Source: Haplodiscus bocki (lineage: Eukaryota). From it: a stretch of DNA of 64,000 nucleotides. The translations under genes were made by a program, and so were the position numbers. A model generated the notes under the pieces. That model searched no databases and was not told the DNA's origin. It saw only the letters and a program-made list of their open reading frames with translations. Shown in pieces: positions 12,538 to 27,230 of this stretch. Numbering within the stretch: the first letter of the stretch is position 1; each line of letters opens with the position of its first letter. The stretch spans positions 30,628,001 through 30,692,000 of the forward strand of contig OZ296651.1 in NCBI GenBank assembly GCA_965655095.1, in the 5' to 3' direction.

Positions 12538-12735
12538 GCTATCTTGTCTAGATGACTTTCTTCTGAACCCACTAATTCAGGTCCACTTCGGAACCGCTCC
12601 GGAGACGTCCCGGAACACACTACGTACAAACCAGGGAACGAACGAAGACGACTCCCAGAGTGATCCTCATCCTGAAGCGGGTGTCTCTCGGAGTCAGACT
12701 ACAAACTCTGGCCCAGATGACACTTATGACAGTGA
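12538..12735 (+). pseudogene. 3' half of the interrupted unknown ORF
   Basis: LSCLDDFLLNPLIQVHFGTAPETSRNTLRTNQGTNEDDSQSDPHPEAG..., in frame with 9362-9492. Confidence 0.7.
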
Positions 12736-14984
12736 TAAAATCTAAAAATATTAAAAACGTGGCTTGGAAAAATCACGGGAGAAGATTTCATTGGGTTTGA
12801 TAAAATTGATTTTTGTTTTCACACTTCTGATTTGGTTTTATGAGCATATATCATTGTCTGGATAGCCTTTGATTTTTTTTGATGTTTTTTCATGAAACGC
12901 ATACACAAAAGAGACAACGCAGTCAATGAATAATAAATGTCAATAAAAGGGCTGTCATAGATCTGTTGCTTTACGAACATCAAATGCTCGAATGAATAAT
13001 TTTCGAAAATATTTAGGAGGGAGAGAAGTCTGACAATTGCAACCCTTGCCTCAAGAAGTGAGGGGAATTAGATTTTTGCGGAGATATAAAAACTTTTCCT
13101 TAAAAGAGTATTTAGAATCACCAGAAATCAAAGTTCAATTTTTTTGCCCCGCATAATGGGCTTTGAGAAACGTAAGGCGCTGATCATGGCTGATACTTTC
13201 TGATCCGGATGATCAGCGCTGGAATTCCTTTTGACTCTAACCCGAGATTAAACTCACGTGCTCTGAGGAAAGTATAAAAACTGGTGACTTGAATTCTCAG
13301 ATTACATGTCAGTTCACCTCATGCTGGCATTAATTATCCTTCCTAACTCAAAAGTCAACATGAATGGCTTTGCCGACATCATTCAGTTCAATTCATTAGC
13401 AGTAAGCAGATTTATTGTTTCTGGTATTCAAAATGATGTACATGCCAACAAGGGACGTTTTTTGATCTCTCGAATTCAAGTACTTTCTTGCGAACTCCCT
13501 CTTTTCTTGCTCGAGTTTTGGTGTCTGTCAATTAAGCGGCGCCCAAAGATTTGTTTTATTGTGGCAGCAAAACTCCAAAAACAACGTTCAAAATGAAAAA
13601 CTATGATATAAACTGAATGTTTAAAGGTATAAATGATAAGGGATGATAAAGATAGTTTCACTATTATATCAACCTAAAAGAGTTGAAAGGAATTGAAAAG
13701 AAATAAACGAGAAGGAACACATTTAGATGCATGATATAAAAGAAAAGTTTTTCTGTTAGGTACCCAAACGAAAAGAGGATGACTTTTTTTGGTCGGGAAA
13801 AAATTGCAACACATGGTCGATATCAATTCTTGTTTCCCAATTTTTCCGAAAATTTGTAAGAACCTGGCAAGTGCTGAAAGCTAGAGACCTTATTGCAACG
13901 CCCGTGTTGGTGAGAAAAGTTTTCGAAATTTGGTGAGGGCCAGGAGGTAGAGTATCATGTCCTTTCGGTTGAAATTTTGTAAAAAAAACATCTGCATCAA
14001 AGGGTTCCATTTTCTGGAGCTTGGATCTCCTTGAGCATAAAAGGCCGGCAGGTCCTTGGACATATTTTAATTTCAGTAGATTTAAATCGTTCTGGAGGTT
14101 TTATAACGGAATCACCTACTTGGGTCGACCTGGAGAAAAAAGCCTTCACACCATTTTAGCAACTTTCTGTACTGTTGGTTGCTGCAGCAACAGTAGCATA
14201 ACTTTGGATCCATAGCACAGTGAGGGACTGTACAGTTCTATTTGGGTTAGATTTTCAAAATAGAAGTTCTTACAAAATTGTTAGATTTTGGATAATGCAA
14301 CTTTCGAAGCTTTGGTTTCGGAATCGTCAAGTGCTCTGTCACTAAATCAAAAGCTGTTTGGATATAACGCAGAACCAGGTAAGATATGCTCAGCCAAGTA
14401 AATTTTGATAATTGTTCGTGAGCGCAGTTCACCGATTCTTCGCTTGAAACACCAATTTAAATAAATATCGGAACAAGTTATATCCGTAAAAGGGAAACTT
14501 TCTGCAACGTGCTGAAACGTGTTTCTTTCTCTGATACGAGGGCCATCTTGACAGTTAGACAGCTCAATGTAATGATAGTTCTAGTATTTTGTTGTATTTC
14601 CGGTCCTCTTGGCAGCAGTTCATAAACAAAGGAGGATGAGCATCTGTTGGCCTCTGTAGGAACTCTCTTTACAGAAGAGAACAAAAAAGAAGCAATTTGA
14701 AGCATGCAAAACAAAACGTCTAAAACTGAGCTGCGCACAAAAAATGATATCCTTTCATTACAGATTCGGCAGAATACCGGTCCCGAAATTTGTGGGTTGA
14801 AACTATTTACCATCTGATGGAGCTAAAAATTTGATCTTGTTTCCATTGGCTGTTTTTTTGCTAGATTTTGTTAGTAGTCTTTTTTAGTATCTCACTGGCC
14901 GGAGCAGAGATTTAATTGTAGCTCTCTCCTTCGACTCGACTCAAACACTTCTTTGCTTTGCTCTGACATTGTTCAAACCCTTCT

Positions 14985-16790
14985 AGCAGAGATAGAATTC
15001 GCACTATAGATACAGACCCCAAAAATTTTTGAGCGAAAAAAATAACGTTCTAATTCAGTATATTGTTTCTTTTCCATAAACCCGCTGAGACCATCCCGAA
15101 ACAAAGAATGACGTCACATTTTCCTATATTGACTGCTTTACATTCACATACAAAAAATTTGCATCCTGCTTAAGATGAACGCATATATACGCTTAGTTTT
15201 GAGTGTACTTTCACTGCACAAGACACACGCTTTATGCCAGGGGTATTTCATATTTTAATCTCGCTGCTGAAAAATAACACTTTACTGGCCCACTCTCTTG
15301 CGCATTCCTGGTAAGGAACATAATGTAATACGTTTTTGTGCAGATTCTCCAGCAAACCGACTTTTCCCTCCCGACGGGATATGCCTTTGAATCTGAGCTT
15401 ATTCACCATAACTCTACCAATATGATGGGGTTGGGCTGACTGCGCCTTTCAGGTGACCTTAGCCAGTGGAAATACAGTTTTTCATTGCAAAAACCGTATT
15501 CCAAACAGTGATTTAAGCTAATAACAGCTTTTTTTGTCGAATTTGGTGGGAACGTAGCTAGGTTATTATATGATAGGTTTTTTGTTTTTACTGTTTCGAG
15601 CGAAAGAGTATTGGAATGCACAAAAAAAGTCGAAGAAACATTGCATGCTATTTTATACGTGAAAAAGAGCTTTTTATCAACAGCTTTAATTTCACTTACT
15701 ATGCCTCAATCGTGAGGTCAATGAAGGTTCCGAATAAAAAATTCGAAAGCTTTGTTTTATTCTGAACGTTGACAGCAGTTGAATTTTATGCTGGCGATTG
15801 TTTCAGAATAATTGAAGCCAAACAGATCACTATTTTTTGTGTTATCTGCAAAAGACATTTTATGTGAACAGCCCAGTAGAAACATATAAAATCGAGTATA
15901 AACTTGAACACTTTTCTGAAAAATCATCTCAAGATTTTTGAACCCTTGATAAAAGCTTTAGTTGTCGTCAAGAACTACAAATATGAATATGTGTGATGTG
16001 CGTAATACTAATGGAAAAGAAAAAAGTTTTAGAGGAAGTTTAGAACTCCAAAAACAAAAACATGCAAGATAATTCACAAAAAGACATTGTGGTTTTTGTA
16101 TAATTACTCTTTCCCTCAAAGGATATAAAAAAATTTACAATCAGATAAACACATTTTTGAAACTGGACAAAAAACTAGATGTGATAAATATCAAAAGAAT
16201 TTGATAAAAGCCAACAATATATTTGTCGAAAAGTTAAGTGTCATAATTCCAAAGTATAAAACCCTTATGTCTACAAAAGGAAACAAGAAAATACCGAGAG
16301 CCTTCTAGAAAACGAAAAACAAAATTTCACAAAACTAATACATTTGTGATACTTGAAAATTTCCTGTTAGAATGATAAATAAAGAAAAACCTGTTGAATG
16401 CATTGGTCATAAACAGAAAATCAATTCTGAAACCTGGTCAGAAAGACGAAATCGAAAACGACAAAGAGCAGAAGCGACAACTAATCCCTGTACCTTTACT
16501 GAAAATCAATAACCTTTTTGTAATTGTAAATAAATATCTGTCTGTCTTTCATTTGCTAATGGTATTGTAAGAATAACGTCCTCGGAATATTTTGCGGAGG
16601 ATGATGTAGATCGACTACATATAAAAAATGGTAAAACTTACGCAAGTATATTAAGAAAACATACTTACAGAGATCATCTATCTTCTTAGGCATTTTTCCA
16701 GCATGATTTTTTTGTGTCATTTGAATCCCATCAAACTTCAAAATCGAATGAAGTTCACATAAACTTTCCAAAAAAAACACTTAACAACTC
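14985..16790 (+). repeat. left TIR of the Maverick
   Basis: Colinear inverted match to 28080-29915, e.g. 15961 gttgtcgtcaagaactacaaatatgaatatgtgtgatg vs 28861 catcacacatattcatatttgtagtccttgacgacagc; inner boundary approximate. Confidence 0.88.
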
Positions 16791-16999
16791 CAGACTGTGT
16801 AAATAACATAAACTTGCAATGTGGCTTCTTAGGAAAAGTTGAAGAGATACAGTTAAATGGGTCTGGATGGAAATCTTCGAGAATATAAAGCATGGATGTT
16901 ATACTTTCTAACTTAGGTGACTAGAGGCATTAGTCATGTCCCAATAATCCCTTTAAATCATAGGTCAATCGTATTTTTATAAAACACTCAAGACAATTA

Positions 17000-19900
17000 T
17001 TGTGCGTTTTGCTGTGTTTAAATTCGTTTCAATTCTGCGAAAACTACCGTTTCTTCAACTAGTAGGTATATACAACAACATAACACCAAAAAAAGAGATG
17101 GTATAAACTTTGACAATGGATTACAAATAAAAACTTTGGCAAAATAGACCAACTAGGTATTTTATCAAAACACGTCTTTGAACTTATTGAAAATTAATTA
17201 TGCCCCATTAATGTTTTTAACAAAATACGAATCCGAAAATGAAAACTATGTTTCCGAAGAGAGATTTGTAGGTTTTGTTACTTTAACGAAACCATTGTTA
17301 ACATTGTAACTAGAAAAATATACATTTTCAGAGGAAGCAAAAATAGAAAACACCTATGTAGAATCTGCTTAACTACTTTTTTTAACAGAAGATGGATTAG
17401 GAAAACACCAAAAATTTTGCTAAGGAAATGAATCTGGTAATTTAAGCTTTCCGGAAGATTATTTTGTTTTCAACTGTTTCTGTCAAAAATTTTTTTTATT
17501 TGTTAGGTATTGCTTATTTTGAATGTACGAACAGATTTTATTCCGACACAAACAACGACAGTAAAACAATAAATCATCATGATCAAGAAGCTGTTAGCTG
17601 AGAGTTAACAGTAGGTTCTGATTCAATAAAGCTTTGAAGAGCTGGTTACCAGCATAACTTTGGCGCATTTTGCTGAAAAGATTTTTTTAAAAGTTTATTA
17701 GGGTTAGACAAACAAATGAGACTGTTTTTCAAAAGGTGTTTTAAAGTAAATACGAGAAAAAAATATGAAGACGACTTTGAAATGTGAGAAAATTGTTGCA
17801 TGTGCAAGCAGTTTTTTCTTATCAAAACTGAAAACCGTTCACTTTTTAAAAAGAAAGAACAAAATAAACCACAAACTGATCCAGATTGGGCGAGAATTCA
17901 AAAAAGAAGAGACCACTGTCTTTTAACAAGAAAACAGAGAGGAGTGGCACATGTGGTTTGCAAACTAATTTCCAGAATTTTTTACGACAAACCTACCAAT
18001 TGCCTTCCATAAATTAAGTAACTTCCATTCACAAATAGTTTTTACTGAATTAAGTTAACAAATAGGAATAATGTTGAATTCGATTTCATCGGTGAAGCTG
18101 ATGAAAAAAACTTCAATAAACTATGGTTCCAAAAGATATAATGATTACATTAGTTTTATGAATAAATTATGGGACACGCTGGTCAGTCTTTGAAAGATGA
18201 AGAATATAAATTAACAAGAATAAAAGTTGGAGACTAGTGGAATCTCGGTAAACAAAAATTGGTTCCCCTTTATGAAGTGTTCAGAAAACTTAGTTAATAT
18301 GACGAACCATTAACAAATCTCAAAAAAAAAGATTACCATTAACGTTTTTGTGGTGAAACTCCAGATACGAAAATTACCTACAAAATCAATGCAGACTTCA
18401 AGATTAAAACCGGACGAAATTTACCTGATATATGTAATGCGACAGATGTATTTTTATTAGTTGATCGTAAAACTGAAAAAGACTCAGAAGAAATTAGCGG
18501 CCTAATTCCAATATGTTTTAAGTCAAAATCACTTTATACTTACGCATGTGCCTTTTGTACAACAAAAGAACAAATGGAAACTTCAAAAGGTGACTTGTAA
18601 TTACCCGTAGAATTAAATTTTAGAGTAGGTGTGTCTGGTGTTTTTGAACTTCGTTTTTTTGAAAAGTTTGAGAAGAAGGTGGTTTTACACATAGATGCAA
18701 ATCTTTGAATATAGGTTGGGTATGTTTCAAGCTTTACCTTTTGGTGGGTGTGAATATTTGAACAATTATCTGGAAATCGTACTTGGAACACAGGCTGGCA
18801 GTGAAAATAGTTTTTTCGTAGATGTGAGTTTGGAGAAGACAGTCGCTTTAGACAAATTTTACGGTTTTTCCCATTATGGCCAGAATCCTAAAACGTTGAC
18901 AAAGAGTTTGTCACTGTTTCTATGACAAAAATTTTGCCACATTTTTATAAGCTTGTGGACAAACTGGTTTGCGTTTGGACTGACATAGCATTTTATCATA
19001 CACAAAATTAAAAAACAAAACTTCATGTTGAAATGCGTATGAGAGTCGAGAAAACAAACAAAGTTACGAAGTTTCAACAAAAGACAAGGTTAAAGCCATA
19101 TTTTGAAATGATTACTGAACGAGGATATGAAGCTGCAAAAAAATTTCTGGAAAATAGTTGTAAAATTACGGATAATAATCTTTCTGGAAAACTCGTTGAA
19201 GATGTGAGGAACGGAAAAATAACTGTGACCGCGAGATTTGGTGAAAAATATGTCAAACTACAATCCAAGATAGGCTACTCTATTTATAACCATTATGAAT
19301 CAAAAGATGTTAGGAGGGACCCAGTTATTTTATAATATCTCATTAAACGCAAATCACTTTAAGTAGGTCAATGCACATAGGTTCAACGATTTCTGACTTA
19401 TCAATTTTTTTAGGTACAAATTTCATTAGAAAATTTTGGAGAAATCACTTCAAAAAATCATTAGATGAATTTAGACTTACCTTTATTATGTTTTGAGACA
19501 GATAATTTAGTTACCGATTTTAAAGTTACATGAAAAAAACACGTTTGTTTTTAGCAAATTAGAGAATCATACTGAGTTATATGACAAAATAAATAAAAAG
19601 TTCTCTGTAAATTCAGAATAGAAAAACCAGATTCAGGTGAGATAGATAAATTCAATGCATTAAGAACAAAAGCGTACGCTGACATACATTTTACTGAGGA
19701 ATTGAGAAAACTTAAAGGAATTACAAACGCAGCATTAAAAAATTAATTTTCGGTCAAAATAAAGGTGGTTTGAACAATGAACTTACAAAACGAGACAAAA
19801 TTAGAAAAAAACTTCGCTAACAGGAATGATCATCGTAAGGAGTATGTACTATCAACCAATAAAGAAGGTTTACCGTTTTTGATGATAGAAGAAAGTATAT
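17000..19900 (+). pseudogene. protein-primed family B DNA polymerase remnant
   Basis: RDHCLLTRKQRGVAHVVCKL (RDHCH...GAAH..CNL type); IDAN motif A remnant; LKPYFEMITE...KITDNNLSGKLVEDVRN motif B remnant; KLKGI. Boundaries approximate. Confidence 0.85.
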
Positions 19901-19909
19901 AGTTACGAT

Positions 19910-20750
19910 TGAAAATGAGCCATGACTTCAACCCAGCATCGTTTTCAATAAAAGAGAAAAAAAATTTATAGTTGAGGATTTTGCCCAGCCCCTTAAGAAG
20001 AATCAGACTGCAATGAAAACTGATTTATATCACAAGGATGATGATTGGAGTTTGGATCTACTAGATCTAGTAAACTATGGGCCAAAAAACACTGAAGGTT
20101 TTCGATATATCTCAGTAATCATTTGTATTTTTTTCCAACGTGCTTTTGAAAAACAAAAATGCTCAAACAAAAAAAGATTCCTTCGACAACTTTCTTAGTT
20201 TTTCACATAAAAACTAATTATAATGGAAAGAGTTGATGGAAAAATTATTTTAAACAAATCTTTTGCTGACATCCTAACTAAAGTTAATACTAGAAGATAA
20301 AGTCTCCCTAAATCAAAAAAAGCAGTGTTCACTGAAAAAGTTATTAGAACTATTAGGTATTTTCATAGAAAGCTCTGTTTTAAAAGAAGCGATGTATGGC
20401 TGGAATTAACGCACAAAAGAAGCGACAAAGTAATACAAAACAATATTCAACCAAGTTAACACCAATCCAAGCATCTTCAAAAGAAGAAAGAGGAATATGC
20501 CTAGCAAAACTCGTCACACGAAAGGAAGAAATTAAAACCAAAATGTAAGATAGCAGAACTGGTTAGGTCCGCAGATAAGACAGATACCCCTTTGTAAGGG
20601 TGATACAACAAATTGGTCTCTTAATTTGTATACAATTAGAAAAATTATCAATGACACAGTATCAACTTGCCTTTTGAAAATTTACCGAAGGGATATAATG
20701 AAGATTTAATAAAAATAGACTGAATTAACAATGAAAAAAAGAGAGGGTTT
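19910..20750 (+). pseudogene. Polinton retroviral-like (rve) integrase remnant
   Basis: WSLDLLDLVNYGPKNTEGFRYISVII; EKVIRTIR; STKLTPIQAS; KGDTTNWS. Confidence 0.85.
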
Positions 20751-20759
20751 AATTAAACG

Positions 20760-22080
20760 GTTGCATTTATATCAAATCAAAATGTCTTTGAGAATTTCTG
20801 CTTACTGATAATATCTATTCGTTAAGGTTGACGCATAACCGAATGCACCATCTAAAATGGCCTCACCGATCGCATTACCCAACATAAAATCAATTTTAAC
20901 GTTCTGAGGACTAAAAAAATGCTTCTGAAAACGTGAAACAAAAACGTGAAATCTAAAATGACCATTTCTTTCGAAATCTTGTTGGAATATATAAGGCTGG
21001 AGAATATTCCTTTGATGATCGTAAAAAACAACATACAAGCTCTCTATATGCTCGTGAGTATTTATGATTAGTGTCACTTTTTTTCTTCCTGCTACAGGAA
21101 AAAACTGTGTGCCAATAATACATTCTGCACTGATAAGCACAAGGTCTATAGAAAACACCACTTTCTGAGCTGCATCATCAATTCGTTAAGTTTTCGAAAA
21201 TTACCATAATTTATACCAACACATCAATTCCAATCTCCACTCCCAGATCGAAAAAGCAATTAAAATCTGTATTCACAGGCTCTACGCCAACAGATCCTTC
21301 AATGTATGAAAATGTGTTGGGGATCCAGAAAAAATATGTTCGCTTAGTAATATTTGCTGAGGGATACTTTGTGTATAATAGGGAACATAACAATCGATCT
21401 CTTATGTGATTACAAATGCTACAACAGGTGGTGCTACTGAAGCATGAAATAAAGCCTTCGCATCACTATTTCTTCTCATCCTAATTTTATGCCCAGACCA
21501 AATGTAGCGTTTTGTTGATTGTCTGCAAAGCTAAAGATATTTTTATACGAGTCTTTGCATGAACTTCACTTCTTGTATTACCTCGTCTATATTCACAGGA
21601 TTCACTTATTCCTCGACTTGCATCATGATAGTTTCCAAAACACAAATTTTCACTATATTTGTTGCTTGTTACTACTTTCCACATTAAACAATTAAATTGA
21701 ACATTTGTAATGTTTTCCGATTGTTTCCGACTACTATTTCTCAATTTGTTCTCGCTAAATGAAGCAATGGGACCTAAATTTGCTAAACATATATCCTATG
21801 CAACTCCATATCTAACCCCAGCCACATAATGAACATGAAAATTCAATTCTGAATAGCTGTTTTTCAGGGAAGTTTTTCAATCTTCTCTGTTAGATTTTTA
21901 AAACCTTGAGAAAAAACCTGATTTTCCGTACCTAAAAATATTGGGACATAACGGGTGCAGTCATATAGGGGGATTGGTCTACCTTTTTCTGAACTTACTT
22001 TCAAACTAGACTTTCTTGCTTTTTAAGAAAAGTTAATTTGTTCCAAGAAGGCTTCTGGTGAAATGAAGTAATGCATTTGT
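20760..22080 (-). pseudogene. putative major capsid protein remnant
   Basis: NLGPIASFS; SAECIIGTQFFP; FQKHFFSPQNVKIDF; size and position fit a Polinton major capsid gene. Confidence 0.55.
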
Positions 22081-22949
22081 GTTCTAAAAATTTTTCATTT
22101 ATAGCAGAAATTTCATCAAACAATCTTTTACTATCATTGGCAACCTGCCTTTCTTAAATTATTAGACGCTATATATTGCATAATTTCTCTGGGTTTCTTG
22201 GAATTAAAGTAGCCAGTCCAGATGCAAGTAAAGTTCTTTTATTCTAGTATTGCCTTAAAACAATTTTGTTTTGTGTCCTTACCTTTCACACGTTGACAAA
22301 AATTCCTATCTTTCGAAAGAAATGGTAACTTACCTTGCATCTAGTGAATCTGTTGTGTTGAGTTTGTTATCAGTTTTCAATTTCAAAAGATCACCTACTA
22401 AATTTGAAAACTTCACCACTTTTTCTGAAATATAATTTGTCGTCATTTATGATTTTTTTTCCACCATCGATGAAAAAGTTTTCCATTTATGTTTTTCAGG
22501 ATCATCATATGACCAAAATTGGCTTCTTTTTGTCGTACTGAGAATTTTTCAAGAGTCCAATTAAATTAGGGCTAATGACCACATTTTGTGCATTAGTTCC
22601 AAAACTTTCACATGAACATTTGATCGAATCTGTTCATTAATTGGCTTCGTTGTAGATTTACTCTGTTCAAATTTTTCGCCTGTATCTGTAGCAGTTTATC
22701 CGAAAATTTCGACAAGTTCTTCTGCATCTCAATCGTATTTCTGTTAACGTCATTTTCTTAAAACACTCACTTCTTGTACAATAACTTCTAATTCACGTAA
22801 GTTTTTTAGACCTTCAAGTTCTTTTTAGTTATTGCTTAACGTATCGTCTTGAATTTTTTTCTTCTGAAACAAAAACAAATGCAATTTTCCACAGTAGGAT
22901 TTAGAGAGAAAAATAAAAACAAAATATGAGAGAAACTTTTTTTCCGGCA

Positions 22950-23600
22950 CAGGACAAAGATTCTAGATGAATGAAAGATATATCTATTTTTTCACACACT
23001 ATTTTAGAAAAAAATTGCTTCTGGTATCCACTCAATAAACATAATTGGTCTGATTTCATTGCAAATACAATGTTTTTTCTCAACTTTTTTAGAACTACCG
23101 ATACAAAAACCACTATCATATTCATCTTTCCATGCTTGTCTACAAAGACCTTTGAATACTTTGATAATCAGATCAAATCCAGCAATATCTTTATAACGGT
23201 TTTCCACCTCCGTTAACTTATGCTTAAACAAAAAATTGTTACTGTTGTTTTTCAATGTTTTTTTTAGAAAAAAAGATGGGATTAAAATAAGAAATATGCA
23301 TTTAAATCACTGTGCCTTCCTCTTGTTTTGTGAAAGTTGCATCAAGTACTCTTTGGTTTAAATCCCACATATCATCAAAAACTACACTACGAATCCCGTA
23401 TTCAATTATCTTTCTTTGTTCTTCTATTTTATATTCCTAATTAAATTGTTCAGGTGACCTAGCCTAAAAAATATCTCTACAAAAACAGGTTTTAACGATT
23501 TCATGACCAGATAAGTTTTACCAGAAAAAAGGACCAACAATTAGAGTTCTGAAAATAATATTCTTTTTCTCTCACACTTTCGCTCGGGTGACCAATTCAT
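22950..23600 (-). pseudogene. A32/FtsK-like packaging ATPase remnant
   Basis: Walker A RTLIVGPF-SGKTY (frameshifted); Walker B VVFDDM; LFKHKLTEVENRYKDIAGFD...FKGLCRQAW. Confidence 0.85.
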
Positions 23601-25099
23601 ATGGGAATTTTCTTCACATCACTGACAAATAATTTTTTATGACACATTTATCAAACAAGTTTATTATTTTTCTATAGATCTTATCACCTTCTAAATTATT
23701 GTGACATTTTTTTTTACAAAAAGTCATTTGTAAACGTCTACTCTTATTTCTGAGCAGAGTTCTATCTTTAGTTCTATGGTCACTAAAAGTTTTAGGTTCC
23801 GAGAGCTCAGTGACTCTGAGAGCCACTTTTTTTTATTGTTACTGAAAAAAACAGTTTTTTATTCTGATTTTCAAAAACAAATTTTTTCAAAATCTTTCAC
23901 ATATCTTGTAGGAAAAATAGAAAGAAAGTCAAGTTTTTCTCATCCGTCACATTTTCTTGAAAATTGTTTATAGGATTTTTCAAAAGACAGAAAAGTTCGC
24001 TAAGCTCTACTATAAGTTTTCATTTTTATTATTTTCATCAAAACTCATTTCCTTTAAATTTTATTTGTTAATGTCTAACCACAGGCAAAAGTATTTGAAA
24101 TTGGTATTACCATTGATCCAGAATGAGTTAAAGAAAATACAACGGATGTTGATATTGTGGCAATAATAACACAAGTAGCAACTGTTTTTAATAATAGAGA
24201 TAAAACTCTACAATTTCCATTTTTCTTTTTGTTTTAAGTTTTTCATCTTTAAAATACGTGGTCATTTCATTGATTTTAATATTAGAGTAATTAGGAGTGT
24301 TTTTGACATTTTCTTCACTAATCGCTCTTCGGTGGCGGTGATTGGTTCCAATGAAGCTGATGGACATCTATCTATCTTTCTATTCCTATTCATGTTTATT
24401 CGAAAGAATTTTCTTTTACGTTTAAATCGTTATATTTGTTCAATACAAATTTACTTGAACGATACAACTTGCATGGAGATAAACATGTTCAAATTGGTTC
24501 CAGTGGTGCATAAGCGAAACCCTTTGAAGAAGCGATCCGATCTTCAGTCGGTATATCTTATTGCTGGAGAATTCTTATATCTATAAACTTGTATTTAAAT
24601 TTGCATATGAGCTATTTTTCCAACCTATAATCCATTACCAGTTTGATAAAAATTTATTACATCCGAAGTAAAAAAGAAATCTGCCAGAAGATCTTTTGAT
24701 AAATCTGCGCTACCATTTTTTGCTCCAATCTCCGTTGTAGGAGTTTTACTTATATTTGTAGCCACGTTTTGAATGCTGTAGCAGATTTCGTCCTTTTTTG
24801 CAAAAACCTAATTTTTCATCCTGTATTATATTATCACTAACAAACAATGGCTTTTTGCTAATTACATTGAGCACAGTTAGCAGATAAAAAGTTTTGACCT
24901 GTTTGAGTTATATCATTTTTGACCGCCAACCCAAAAACCATTAGTTGTCAATATTTTTAAGACAATATTTAGAAAACAGGAAAAATTGAAAGTTTTTCCT
25001 AAAACGTTCATGTTTTTGAAATTGAAGCAATAATTTTTTTCGAAAGAAATGAAATAGATAACATTCAACGAAATCAGAAAGAAATATTTGTGTTTATAC

Positions 25100-26170
25100 T
25101 TAAATTTTTGTCAATGTCAAAGTGAATGTCATGGTTTCATCATTGAAGTTCAGTTCACCTTTGTTTTCATTTTGTAAAAGGAACGTAATAAGATTTAGAA
25201 TAGATTTGTTTATTTTTTGAAGTTTTTTTCCGGCGCATAGAGAATTTTGGAAGATGGGGTCTTTTCCAAAGCAATTACAAACCAAATGCTTTGTATTAGA
25301 CCATCCACAATCCTTCCTTCATCACAGTCTCTTTTCAAATCAGCTCTACCAAATCTATATGTGTTTACAGATTTCTCACTAGTACAAATATTAGCAATTG
25401 TGTAGTCCCAATATGGGTTAAATCTTAACATTATGCTGAAAAAAATTGTTCTTGTAATCATAAAAGTCCATTTGTTTCTAATTTTGTTTTCATAGATAAA
25501 ATACTAGTAGAAATTTGAAGGTTAATTCTCCTAACTCTCCAATAGGTTGTAGAAATTCATGAAATCCAGGCTGTATATCATATTCAATAAAAAGAAAAGT
25601 TTGTCTTCAGGTTTTTTCAAAAAGTTTCTCTGTCAGTTCGTTTTATTCTAAGGAAACTTTCAAAAGCTCAACAAACAGAAAGATTAGATTTAACCAAAAT
25701 ATTTCAAAAAACAATACTACCTGCAGCACCTGAATTATTCTTTTTTCCTCTGTTTTTCTGTTAGTATTATTGAGTTCTGCAATCTCTTCGCGTTAGCTTT
25801 TTTTGCTTTTAAATCTCCTAATGACAAATGGTTTTGAATCTTCAATAATTTTTTCACCTAAATCTTTTTCGGTAGCGTTTTTGATGCCCAACTGAAAGTA
25901 TATATCTATTCAAATTGTTATTTTTAGTCTTTGTTATCATAATTTTTATACTCGTTTTTTTTTCATTTGTTATATACAAAAATGAAACAGAATACTCAAA
26001 CGATTGTTAGTTTTTTGATATCATCTAATTCCTAAATGTGTGCTAAAAGAAGAGGTTTGCTTTTGGAAATTCAATGTACGTTCTAAAGTTTCCTGAGCTT
26101 TTATTTTTGTTCCAATAATTAATATAATTAATATCTCTGTCTTTTTAGAAATTGAATGTATCAAATCTTT
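25100..26170 (-). pseudogene. putative minor capsid (penton-like) remnant, copy 1
   Basis: C-terminus LKRDCDEGRIVDGL...KKINKSILNLITFLLQNENKGELNFNDETMTFTLTLTKI. Confidence 0.6.
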
Positions 26171-26269
26171 AAACTTTGTTTTTCTATTGTACGTCTAATT
26201 TAACCCAAATTTTTGTTTTATATCTTTGAGAAAAAAAAATTTTGGCAAAACTTTTCTTTATTTTTGTTT

Positions 26270-27230
26270 GTTATTTTAGTAAAAATCATAGTTTCATGAT
26301 GAAAATCAACCATGTTCTGCCATCGTCTTCCAAATAGAACGTTGCAAAATTATTCATCTTTCATTTTCCTCTCCATAATGTTTAGTGTTTGTTTTATCAA
26401 TTACCCTACGTCCCGGGCCCACATTTAGTCAAAAATTAAATGAAATAGAGCCTATAACGCCAAATATTATAGTTTGATCAATACAATTACATTTAAACAG
26501 AATGTCATCAATTTCGGTAGAACTCATCTTCTCATTAATTTTATAATTTCTGTTCGTTTAAATATTTTTACGTGGAGAAAATCCTACCTTGTTTGTTAAA
26601 GGGATAAATGTTTTTAAAATTCATTTCCGTATTGTCATTTCCACCGAATATTCTCATAATTGTTTTCATTGTTGTATCGTCAACTTCGTCGGTTAAAAAA
26701 TGAGGGAGGGCTTCAGTATTTTCTAATTTTTCAAAAACTCCTTCTGGTATTGATCAGTAGTGTGTATTTGACTCATGATGTTTCATGTCTACTGGTTCTA
26801 AAACTTTTTTTGTCAATTTCACTATGTATATCATATGTTCATAGTCTCAAAGTTTTCTTTCTTTCGTTTGAATAAATTTTCTTTTGGAAGATCATAATCA
26901 AGATCAGGAAAGAAAATAGGGTGGTTCTCCTATCTTATCTCGTTTTCAAATTCAATTTTTGCTTTGTTCCCACTTTCTGTTGCACTTACGCAACCCGTTC
27001 TGTTGATTGTAGCATTATCATTATAATAACAGACAGAAAAATTTGTATTTTTTTCCTTTTCTCTTATTTTAAAAACGGAGATAAAAATCTCTAAAGTAGT
27101 TACTCCCATCATGCATCTTTGTTTTTTTGTTCTGACGGTATAGTAAATGAAAATATTTGCTTTCATCTTTTTACTTCGTGTTCAAAAGTTTTTGCGGTCT
27201 TGATTTTGTTCGTTTGACTAGTGTATGAGT
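26270..27230 (-). pseudogene. putative minor capsid (penton-like) remnant, copy 2
   Basis: GVTTLEIFISVFKI; DDILFKCNCIDQTIIFG...LNVGPG; LEDDG...DFHHETMIFT; parallels copy 1. Confidence 0.5.

Noticed and set aside
13300-14900. Short ORFs as host exons
   Set aside because: No recognisable domains or consistent splice structure.
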